Source of the DNA: Camelus ferus
Taxonomy: Eukaryota
Assembly: GCF_009834535.1 (NCBI RefSeq)
Contig: NC_045701.1
Coordinates: 73,470,001-73,534,000, forward strand
Length of the DNA: 64,000 nt
Direction of reading: 5' to 3'
Each line of letters opens with the position of its first letter. Position 1 is the first letter of the stretch. Under the pieces are notes generated by a model, which ran no database searches, was not told where the DNA came from, and was given only the letters and a program-made list of their open reading frames with translations. The position numbers were made by a program, and so were the translations under genes. Below are positions 10,794 through 22,400 of the stretch, one piece after another.

Positions 10794-13045
10794 ATCAGCG
10801 TCTTTTCTTCTTATGACTTTGGCTACTACCTTTATCGGGATGATTTCCAAAAATCAAATTTGGATGATTTATAAGTGGAATCCTGACCTCTCAATAGAAT
10901 TCTCACTTCTTAGTTTCAACTCTCAGGAGGCCATTTTTGTTTGAATGGATTTCCCCACAGTTCCACCCCCAGGACCTGTAAACTCAGAGTACCTGTCACT
11001 CCTTGTTTCTCCCGTTGTGGCCGCATCCTTTAAATCACAGGTGCGGCTTTCTCCTTGGCCAGGCTGGAAACTGGGGTTCATTTCCTCTTCTCTTTCGCAC
11101 TGTTCTTTCCACTTCCCCCATCGCTGCATCCTCTCCAGTCCGTAACTGAATACTGATGACTTTTCCTGAGCTGGTTCTCACAATTTATTTCTATTCCACC
11201 ATAACCCTGACCTAGGTCTTCTTCACGTCTTGTGACATTGCTGTGGTAGCCTTCCACTTGACCTCCCTGACCCCATTACTATTCTCTTTCAATATTATCT
11301 TGCACAACCACCCACCTAATTTCCCTAAGCTGACTCTTTGGCCTCATGTTCTTTAGTACCTCCTTCTGCTGTTGGTACCACACAGCTGGCATCTGGCATT
11401 TAAGATTCTCCAGGATCTGACCCGCACCTGTCTTTCCAGCCCTGTCATCTTCATCACCTCCTCACCTTCTCTCAAACATCCCGTGTGCATCCCTGCCTCC
11501 TTCCCTTTGCCCAGACTGTGGTCTCCAGGTGGATGTTCCCACCTCCCCCCCACCTCTACAAAGATTTCCTCATCTACAGACCCCATCATGATCATTTACA
11601 TTCCCTTTTATTTTTCCTCTTTCCTGTACCACTCATGTTGGCAATGTTGGCTATGCTGGCCCTTTGAATTTTTATTTAAATATTTTATATGTTTATGTTT
11701 TATCACTCCGAGTGGACAGTTATTTTTTTTCCAAAGGAGAACCTCTGAATTTTTTCACTTTCTTTCCCAAGGCCTGATATCATAGCTTCTTGAATAAAAG
11801 TCTAACTATATGATCTGGGTAAAATGAAATCATTTTGCGAGTTAATCATGTATAAAATGATAAAAATGACATTTTATCACTGTTCAACAAAGCATGGTAA
11901 TAGCCTCCCCATTTGAAAGATAATCCATAATCTCTAAATAAAGTTTATAGACAGTGCATGAAAATAATGAAACTAAAAGTCGATAGACTTTTTGTGAGTA
12001 TGATATTAAAAATCAGTATGTTGGGGGATTTTCATAGTTGTGACTTCAACCAACATACACAAATTTAAAAAAAAAAAAAACAAGATTTGGTGGATGGAAA
12101 AATTGAAAACATGAAGGGCAATGGGAAAAATGGGATCATTCGTGTTTTATAAGGGTCATGGTTAGATAAAACTTTAAGCCAGTCGTAATTCTTATGTCAC
12201 TGACAGAGAATTAAACCGTAAAAGTCAGTGCATTGCTCATTAATTTGACTGATTTGTTAAACCTGATTCTGGTATGATTCTATTTGCTATTAGAAGATAA
12301 AACTTCAATGATAGTGACAGTGGAGCAGGGGGCTGTGTTACCTGGTGTAATTACAAATTCAGTGAATCAGATTCAGACTCGTTGAAGGCTATTTACGCTC
12401 CGGCCCTGGTCACACTTCCCAGTTTTACGTCCCAGCGTTTCTCTTCGCACCGTGTCCCGCACACCAGATGAACTGGATGTCCACCGACCCTCCCTGTGTC
12501 TTCCCAATAGTTTTGCCATCTCTAAACCTCTTCTTGACACCCCCTGAATATCACCTATTTTCTGTCATTCTCTGTCGTTCATATTCTCTGTCCCCCCTGC
12601 TCTTCTCCTCTTTGCATTTTGGTTTCTTTCTTTCACACCTGCTGTCCCTAGATGGCTGGAGCCATGGCCTTGGCAGATACAGGCTCACATACTTACAGCC
12701 AGAGGACCAGAGAGGAAAGCAAGTTTTCCCTGCCAAGTCCACTTGGGAAAATTGAGAAGGACCTTGATAACTTGGCTTGAGGCACGTGTTCATTCCTGGA
12801 ATGATAACTGTAGCCAACGTGACGTACACAGTGATTGTCCTGGCCTGGGTCACAGGCCCTCCTCACCGCCAGGGAGTCAGGGCTGCTACAAGGAGGGGGT
12901 GTGGTGCTGGGAAGACAAGCCCATATCTCCCCTAGAAGTAAAAAGAAAAACTGCCCATAGTGTCAACACACAAAGGCATGCAATGCTAACAGTTAAACAT
13001 TTTCTTTAAGTCTTTTTTTCTATTCAGTGTTGAAATCGGGCTGTA

Positions 13046-13339
13046 TAGAGTTGTCTCATGGTGTATGCAGGAGTTGGTTTCAGGGCCCCCTGTGGACACC
13101 AAAATCCACAGGTGCTCAGGTCCTCATATAACCTACACACACCCTCCTGTACACTGTACATCATCTCTAGGTAACTTACACTACCTAATACAGTGTAAAT
13201 GCTGTGTAAATAGTTGACAGTGCACAGCCAATTCAAGTTTTGCTTTTGGGAAACTTCTGGAAATTTTTTTTCAAATATTTCTGATCTGTGGTTTGTTGAC
13301 TCTGTGGCTACAGAGCCCATGGATATAGAAGGCCAACTG
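13046..13339 (+). mobile_element. MER2-like Tigger MITE (internally deleted)
   Basis: ggttt cagggccccctgtggacaccaaaatccacaggtgctca ... catctctaggtaactta...acctaatacagtgtaaatgc ... gatatagaaggccaactg. TA at the left junction. Confidence 0.8.
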
Positions 13340-14520
13340 CATATGATTTTGGATCTTGTTTTCTTATCACTGTGAAGTCAGCGTTGCTCCATTGTCTTGT
13401 AAAGCCTTCATGCACCTGCGGGATGCTGTGAGGTCAGATTTCCTCAACATGCCAGAGATGTCGTCAAGGAAAAGCTTCAGTTCTTTTGTCTCTGTCACAC
13501 TCCAGTCCCCGAGGTGCTCAGATAGAGAGTTAAGGAGAAACCAAGTAGTGTGTAAACTTTGAACTGTGTGGTCATGACCGATGTTTTCCTGGGCTGGGTT
13601 TTGTAGAGTGGGTTTTGTACGGATGCTTTCCAGCCTGTGTGCACATTTCACACAACACGTCAAAGTGTCACCACTTACAGACTGCGTTCCAATTAGTATA
13701 TTCAAGAGAGAATGCATTTAATACACGTCTTGAGAATTTTAGCCACATCTTGATAAGAAATAATCTAGTGCAAACAGCTGTGAGCATTTTTTGTTAACAT
13801 CCTCTGTGGCTCACCATCTTTATTAATAACACTTCTGGCTAAATTCAGTGTGCTTAGATCGCTTCCATTGCAGAACCAAGGAATGTAGAGTTGTCAGGGG
13901 AACTTGAATGTATCTAGTCCAGTGCTTCAACTTTGCTGAAGTCCCTTTTGCAAACCCATAATAGTCAGCCGTGTTTCCTTAGTTTAAATATGTCCAACTA
14001 TAGGCTATGAGGAACCTTTATTATAGTATCAGTTAGCTTCTTCCATAGTGAGGCAGCTCAGATTTCTGGATTTCTGGAACTTCTTCCCCCCACCAATTTT
14101 TGCCAGACTCTTCTGTCACCTACTCTTCTTATATTGATTATATTTTTGCTTTTAGAATTACGTTAAATATTTTTGTACACTTCTTTCAATCTGTTTGTCT
14201 ATCTAATCTACCTACCATTTATTTATCTATGAAAAATCCACCTATCTACCTATCATTTATCTATAAAAATATCTGTTAAAAATGTATCTATGAAAAAGGA
14301 AAGCTATCCTGTCTTCCCTTGCCTTGTCCCTTCCTGTTGCTGTCCACATTCAGGTCATTTAGTCGTTCCTGGTGACAGTTTTCTTACCGCTGCCCATTCC
14401 TGTTCCACTTTCTGTGTGCTCAGGTTCTTTTAAAAACACGCCATCCAAAGTCAACGGTTCCCGTCACAGGAAAGAGTCCATCTGTCGGACATCTGCTTCC
14501 ATTCTGCATGTGGCAGGAAG

Positions 14521-14690
14521 GGACCGGAGCCCAGCCGCGTGGACTCACACTCTGACGGCGGCTCGTTCTGGCAGTGAGACTCTGGGCTGGACGAGTCCCA
14601 CCCCCTCTACACGTGGGTCCTCCCACCTGTCGAGCGTGGGCTATCAGTGGCAGCCACCTGTAGGGTTATGAAGAGGATCACGTCCTCGGC
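14521..14690 (+). mobile_element. MIR SINE relic, unusually GC/CpG-rich
   Basis: Collinear with the MIR core (ggagcccag...cctcccacctgt...gccacctgtagggttatgaagaggatca). Confidence 0.55.
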
Positions 14691-15399
14691 CAACAGTGAG
14701 CCCTCTGTTGTGAATACTTTCCTGTTATCATTATAATCTGACTTTTGGTGCCATTTTAACAACCAAATCATGACTGTTTGTTGTCACCTCCAGGTCTTCA
14801 AACCTGTGACTTTCCCCGCAAAGCATTCTTTCCAGGAGAGTCTAAGGTCTGGCTCCATCTTAACTTCTCACAGCTTGAATATCATGTCTCTGAGACCCTC
14901 CCCTTCCCACATTGCTGGTACAAAAAGTCTGTTCTTGCCCTGGTCACCTTCTGATCCCTGTACTCTATTTCATTTTCTTCACTGATTTCATCATCACCTG
15001 ACATTAGCATCTTCATTAATCTGCTTACCTATTAGCTCATTTTGTCTCCACTGGAATGTAAGAGCCATGAGGCCGGAGATCTCTTTTTGTCTCATTTACT
15101 GGTGTTCACAGCTGCTAGAATCATGTCTGGCATATATTAGGCACACAGCAAACTTTGAGGCATGAAAGCTTTGGGTCCATGAAGATTTCCAAATGCTTTT
15201 CAGATTATTTTTTTTCCAACGTAGATCTCCTCCATCCCATATCAATGTAATGAATTTTTAAAACCTAAATCCCAAACCTGTATCGATCCTTAATCAATAT
15301 GACTTCTTGCTTTCTAGCCAGAGTTCCAGCATCCCTGAATTGTTTTGAAGTTGATGCTGCACTTTATAGGAATTACGCTCATTTTATGGTAATGATAGC

Positions 15400-15630
15400 A
15401 TTACGCATGTGTTGGGGGCTTACTATGTGAGAAGCACTCATAAATCTGGACATAGTGGACTTGTTTAATACTTCAAACAACCCTGTAAGGTAAATATCAT
15501 TGTATTCCCATTTTAAAAATGAGAGCGCCAAGGCACAGTGAGGGCTAGACACTGACCACACAGCTAGTAAGTTACAGAGCTGGGGTTTGAACCCAGGCAG
15601 TCTGACTTCCTAGGCTGCATGTTCACTAGT
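15400..15630 (-). mobile_element. MIR SINE relic
   Basis: cttcaaacaaccctgtaaggtaaatatcattgtattcccattttaaaaatgagagcgccaaggcacag...cacacagctagtaagttacagagctggggtttgaacccaggcagtctgac. Confidence 0.8.
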
Positions 15631-15693
15631 GTCATAAATAACCTTCTTCTGAACTTTGTATCACTTGCAAATTTGATACGTGTTTCATCTATA

Positions 15694-16097
15694 CAGGTTC
15701 CCCCACTATCCAAGAGTAGAACATTCCTATGAAACCCTGTGTAAGCTGAAATGGTGTAAAGCAAAGACACAGTTACCTGAGGGCACATCTTGCTAACGAT
15801 TGTACACAATAAATCGAGATGAAGCACAGATGCTCACAGACACACGTCAAAGCTGTGGCCTCTTGATGCAGAGATGCTGAGTGCAGTTCTAGGGAAAGGA
15901 GCTTGGTGGCGCCACTCTCGGCTGCTCTGGGTGTGGGCTGTCTCTGGGACAGCTGGCTGCAAAACAAACACTGATGCTGTTTTCACCTTTCTCCTCTTAT
16001 GCGAATTCCTTTCGGTTCATGAAAACAGGTACTGACATAGGTCTTTTGCAAAAGTGAAGTGGCATAAAGTGGACTTTCACCAAGCAGGGCATACCTG
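15694..16097 (-). mobile_element. MER82-like Tigger element (internally deleted)
   Basis: Inverted termini caggttccccc ... gggcatacctg with TA on the left. Internal ggagcttggtggcgccactctcggctgctc and aaaacaggtact...aggtcttttgcaaaagtgaagtggcataaag. Confidence 0.75.
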
Positions 16098-18021
16098 TGT
16101 CTATGTTCGACTCATCCTAAAATGCCTGAGCCAATACTGAGCCTTTGTGACCCTCCGGTACCTTTCATACTGAACCGACAGTCAGTGCATTTTGCTCATG
16201 TTGCCCACCAGCTCAGAACCCCTAAGGCTGAACACAGGAGAGTGGCTGTGGGGAGTTGCTAAGTGTTTAACCAAAGGCAGGATGCACTATATGGCATTCT
16301 GGGAAATACTGGCTAGTGTTCCTGGCAGAAATGTAGTTTACCATTGCTATAGTTTGAAAGCCATATTCTTTTCTGCTTGTTCACATTTCATCTTATTTCC
16401 CAGAGGATCTGCAGCCGCTTGCCACAATAATATATTCTAGAATAATGACATGATGTAGGTAGGAATAAAAAATCAGGTCAGCGAAAAATAAATAAGAGTA
16501 AAACACAGGACTCCGGGGTGGAGGATGAGAGAGACATACATATTCAGGTGTTAATGAACTATACACAGTTGCCTTGACTGAACCTCAAATTTATGTATTT
16601 TAAAAACTTCCTGATAGTTAATTTAAAAAAAAGGGACATGATTAGTTCTCATTGTCAGTGAGGAAAATTCATACCAGTTATTCAAGGAAAACACAGTTTC
16701 CCTATTACATAGCTTGATGATTTATTTCTACATGGGTCTTTCAGTGGCAGGATGAACAAATACTTCCACGGCATGCGTGCCGTGAACTTGGTTTCATGTG
16801 ACCTTTTCTTGTCTTGTCCCTTGGTAAAAGCTGAGAATATGACACTAAAGCATTATTCAGGGAAAGCAAATCTGGAAAGAATGAAAAATCCAGATCTTAT
16901 GGTCAAAGGATAGACAGAACTTAGAAGACTCTATTCTTCTAGCAATCCTCCATTTATATTTATCTTACCTAAGGTTTTGAATAAATTTGGGCAGCAGGCA
17001 GCTCAAAGGAGGAGTCTTTGGGGAGAGTTTGAGGTGTTCTGGGTGGTTTACTGTTGGATTCATTACTTTAGGAAATGGATGAGAAGATGTAGAGGCTGTC
17101 TTTTTCTGGAAATTAAGGATCTAACCAAGTTTTTTTTTTTTAAATTAAAAGTCCTTTTCTATATCAACATATGAGAGAAATTAACTTTACCTACTGCCTC
17201 TGCTGTAAGTTTTCATTCCTTATTCCTTTATTCAGTCTTTCAACAATTATTTATCCAGCACCTATTATGCCTTAGAAACCTGGGTTGTAGCAGTGAATAA
17301 GACAGGCATGGTCCCTCCCTTAATAGAGTGTTGGTTCTAGCTGGGAAGGCAAATGTTAAAGAAGACAATTATTTAGTTGCAACTTTGCTAAGATCTACTG
17401 AAGACAATTACAGGGTGAAAAGCTAGCATGCAGATGGCAGTCCAACTCAGGGCTTAACCCCTTTTGGTTTGAATACAGTGTCCCCATATTATGGAAACTG
17501 TTGCCTCTAAGGTATTAATGGACTTCTAATCACAAATGGCCTGTTCCAGTCTTTACAGACATCAGTGTTCAGCAGCATGGTGTACTATGAAAAATAGAGA
17601 ACAGATAGAAATCTGCATTGCTCCTGCTCGGGGACGGGTAGAGGGTAGGTGGGACCTCTGGCTCCTGGGGCTTTCCCTAGACTTGGCAATCCTGGGATCA
17701 CCTCTTTATGCTCTGGTGGCACTCGTTTGAAAACCGCTCTTCTAGAAGGCTCAACAGTAAACCACTATGCATGTGCCTTAAACTTGAAAGTGTCTGAGAT
17801 AAGTTCAGGGAAAAGCAAGCATATTATGACTGAAGACCATAAAATGAACTAATGAGCATACAGGTGCCACAGACAAGCTTCTTCCCTCAGAGTTGAGCTG
17901 ATTCCCGTTCCTTCTTTTGGTTCCACTTCCTACTCAGGAACTCGTTTTTTTGTTTACTTCATTTGTATTTACCCCTTTGAACTTGATATTAGGGCTGATG
18001 AAATATAGAAGTGGAAATTGT

Positions 18022-18400
18022 CTGTATCAGGACAGACTAGGATCTTCTATGACAACAAACAGCCACCAAGTCTTATGGCTTAAAGCAACAAAATTTATTG
18101 CTCATGCATACTACATCGCCATCTCTGATGTGCTGGGAGCTGTGTCTCATGCTGTCTTTACTTAGGGACCAAGGCTGGTAGGGCAGTCACCATCTAGAAC
18201 ATGACTGGCCACCGTGATAGAGGGAGACAGTGGTGAATCAGGCACTGGTCTCTAACACTTCTGCCCAGAAGTGATGCTAGCTAGTTTGACCAAAGGAAGT
18301 CAAATGGCTACACCAAGCATCAAAGAAGTTGAGAGTGCAATCTTACTGTGTGCTCAAAAGTCCTGGAAATACTTGGTTGCAAGCACTAATGCTGCCACAG
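18022..18400. mobile_element. MLT1 (MaLR) LTR relic
   Basis: aacaaacagccaccaagtcttatggcttaaagcaacaaaatttattgctcatgc...cagaagtgatg...aagtcaaatggctacacc...actaatgctgccaca. Confidence 0.7.
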
Positions 18401-18724
18401 ATGGGCAGTGGGGTAACAAGACAGACAGCACTTGTCATTTCTAGAATTGCCCTCTTTACAAGAAATAGTCATTTCCTTTTTCCTTCTTTAGAATGCCTTT
18501 GTTCATTCACCAACTCTGCATTGAGGGCCCACTATGCAAAGAACTATAAAGCATAGAAGAGGGTCAAGGCATACAGGAAAAAATAGAATCTTACTCAATT
18601 ATTCTGAACCTGAAACTGCACTTTTATTTCTAAGAGGGCATAGATTTGCTTTTATTTATTCAGTCAATCATTCATTCAAAAAGTGAAAAATCATTTTTTT
18701 CAACAAATAAATATTGAATGCTAT

Positions 18725-19491
18725 CTTTTTTTTTTTTTTTCCTGATGACAACCACTTCTCCAATTCTACAACACCAACTGAGTGTCCGACAATTTTGTTC
18801 AATTCTGGCAATACTTAGAGTTAGTGCAGACCCCAAAGGTCAAGGACTCAGTCCCACAAGGCAGCCCTACCCCTGCCTTCAGATACCAGCTGCAAGAGGG
18901 GTGCCCAGGCTACCTCTGCCTCTGCCTAGTCACCTGCAAATTAGAGGTGCCCAGGATCCCCTCCTTTGGTTCAGTAATTTCCTAGAGTGACTCACGGAAC
19001 GCAAATGTTTTACTTAACAATTTTCAGCTTATTTTAAAGGAGTCAACTTAGGGACAGCTGAATGGAAGAGATGCAGAGGCCAAGGATCGGGAGAGGGAGG
19101 GTGGCTCCCTCTCTGGGCAGGTTACCATCCCTGCACGTTGCTGTGTGCATCCATCTGGGAGCTTCTCAAACCCAATTTAGGGGTTTATTGAGGTTTCATT
19201 ATGTTAACGTGATTGATGAAATTATTGACCACTGGTGATTGAACTCAATCTCTAGCCCCTCTCCTTAGTCTGGAGGTTGGAGATAGAACTGAAAATTCTG
19301 ACCCTCTAATCTGATAGTTTTTCTAGCAACCAGCCCCTATCTTGAAGCTCTATAGCACCTCCTCCTGTGGCCCCCACAGTGAGTCATCTCATTGGTATAC
19401 AAAACAAACAATAAGTTCTGAGTATTTTAGGTGCTCTGTTCCAGGAACCTGAGAGAAAGAACACATGTTTATTTTTTTTTATTATATCACA
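18725..19491 (-). mobile_element. MER21C-like ERVL solo LTR
   Basis: Ends tattatatcaca (reverse tgtgatataata). Internal acaccaactgagtgtccgacaatt...agttagtgcagacccca...gactcagtcccacaag and gtcatctcattggtatacaaaa. Confidence 0.65.
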
Positions 19492-22400
19492 AACACCCAC
19501 ATGCCAAGCTAGGTCCAAGACACTGGTTATACAGTGATGAATGGAGTAGACAGTCCCTGTCCTCATGGACTTCAAGTTAGGCAGACTCATTGAAGGGGAC
19601 ATCAGCCTAGAGGAGTGTTAGTGAAAGTTGAAAACAGGTAAATAAAACATAACCTTTATTCTCATAAGCATTTGCCTCCACATGTGAGTAAGGAGTAAAC
19701 TGGGAGCAAGGAGGAGATGCTGGGTGTGGGATGGAGATGAAAATTGGAGTTAACACTGAATTTCTGATGACCCAAATCACTTTTAATCCCATCTGTTAGA
19801 TGTGGTCTAAGGTTGGCACGTTTTCCTTATCAAAGCACAGGACAAGTGCTGGACGGAGGGACCAGGAAAGTGTAGCCAAATAGAGAGGGTACTTTTAAAC
19901 ACCATCACAGGGTGCAAACTTGGTTATACAGTTCATGCAGCATAATATAATCACGTACAAATACACATATGGATTAATGGAAACATGAATTGACAAATTC
20001 CTAAGATATATAAATTAATAGATTATTACATATAAACTACTTATATATGGAACTATATTAAATCACTTACATTTCTTCCTTTGAATTTTGAATTTAGGAG
20101 ATTTGCAGCATGAATTCTTATGGAAATCTTAAAACTGCCTTTGAAAACTGTACAGAAAAAAAAAATCCTTGAAAAGGCTTACCTTTCAGAATACTCACAT
20201 CTTGTTACTTCTTTTTTTCTGGTTCTTCTTACCCTTTTTGACTTCTCCAGATCTCTAAACAGGAAGTTTTTTATTTAGTTCTGCTGAAGTTGTAACCCTG
20301 ATGGTTTTACTGAAATTGATCTACTAATTTTTCCCTATGATCACACATTCAAGCCCATGGAGGTTTTCTTTTCACTTGATAGGGAACTGCATCTAGAATA
20401 TTTCACTGCCCTTTATGGGCATTTTACACCTTTTGAACAAATACTTCCATCTTATAAAAACATTAGCGGTCATAATGAGGTTGAGTCCAATTGGGTTAAA
20501 CTTGTAAGTAAAACAAAATGCTCCAATCTGCAGTTTAAACATTTTGAACTTTTCAGAATGTAATTAGGCATAGCATCTATTTATCTCAGAAGCTTACTTT
20601 GTGAATTTTTTGAATAATTGGTATAGTTTCTAAAATATTGTCTCCATTTTTGAGGCCAAGGTCACAAAACAGAAAAAAAAAAAATTGTGCATCGGAGTAA
20701 GGTAGTAGAGAAGGCTCTGCTTGCCATGTCAAGTTCATGCTGTTCATGGGCTGTCAACCAATTTGGGCGCAGCTGGTGAAAGGGGCTTTGGATACACTGT
20801 ATTACTATCCAGCTGGATTCTCCAGTTAATAATAGTGTTCTCTGCTGTCTTTCACGTAGGTGGGAGTTTTGCCAACGTTGTCCCAGCGGCCCCTTTTCCT
20901 GTGGGCTTTCGCTAAGTGGCAGCCTCATCTTGTGGGCAGCGAAAAGGGGTGACGCACTTTGAGTTAATCAGGGTTACAGAAGAGTGAGGTCAGTGTTGAC
21001 TTCAGCACAAGATGGGCCGAGCGCTCTCTCATGGGTGTGATTGTGTAACTTTAAAAAATGTCTTAAAGTAAATGTGCAGGCTTCTAACTAATGTTAGAAT
21101 AAGAGCTTAAATCTAGCCACTTCACTCTCTAGTGAAAATCCTGATGGAAAGTAAAAGGGATGATTTCTCGTGTGATGAATTTATTATACATGCTCAGTTC
21201 TTTGAGGAATACACATCTCAAGTTTTCTTTACCCCTTTTCTCCCCAAAGATCTCTTTCAACTATACTGTGTCAGATACTCACTTCTACTACCTTAACTAC
21301 ATCTTGAACAAGTTCCACAATTTCTCATTTATTTCATTAACTGAAACAGTAGTCCAGTCCAGTTTGTGTTCATCTCTTACTTGATGTAACTTACAGACTG
21401 CCCTTTATAGACTGGCCTTATGACTCAGGGGCTACTTAATTTTGAGGCCAAGCCCCTCCATGTGTGGCATGCTTTAAACTGGAACCGGTCTCTGTGGGAA
21501 GTGCAGGATCTTCTTAGGTTTCACACTGCTTATGGACGGCGCCTCAGTTTCGCGCAACTTGAGCTTGCTCCATTCACTGCTGATGTGGTGATTTCTGCCT
21601 GGGTTGTGTCTGCTTTTCTAGAGCGTTGGGGTCAGGTTTGTCTTAAGCCCTCCTCCTTTGAAGACCCCCCTGAGAGGGATCAGCCTCGCTGACCCTGAGC
21701 CCTGCCACAAGCCCACCGGCACCTTTTCCTGGTTGGGCATCCATACCTGGCTGCTTGACCTGGTGACGGCCAAGGGCATTCTCCTCCTCTTGCCTCCACA
21801 CTCCTTGGAGCAGAAATACAGGAACTACTGAGGGTCCCTCTGAGACCCTCAAAGTCCCTGAGGAGCCGGGATTGGTTGCCTCATCCTTTAGTCTTCAGGC
21901 TTAGCCTCTCCAAGCTATACTGGCACGGTCTGCTGTGGCTGGCTTGAACCTTTCAAAATTTCAAGACTGGAAATATGCACCAGTTGTAACTTTTCCATAT
22001 CCCAGGGGACGAATGCCAGGCTCTTTAAGGAGAGTCTTACTATGGCTATTCCAGGAGAAGCAATAGGTGGGCCTGCAGGGCCCAACGAACATAAATCAGG
22101 AAACGGGATGAAGATGCTGCCTCTGTGAGTGACTGCGATTAAGGATTACCACTGCTCCTTACTGAAGCCAGGTGTTAGCTGGGGAAGGGAAGACGAACAA
22201 CTTCACAAAGCCACCTTTCCCATAAAATTCCAGTTCCCTTCCACCCATCTCCAGTCTGGCACTTGGTGGTAGTTGAGAAGATTCTGTCACTTTCCAGAAG
22301 ACCTGGTGGTGGGAGGTGACTGTCTCCAACTTGTGGCAGTTTATTGGTGGCTCTGCGTGGGTCTTGGGCATAATCCTCAGATTATCAGAAAAGTTCTCTC

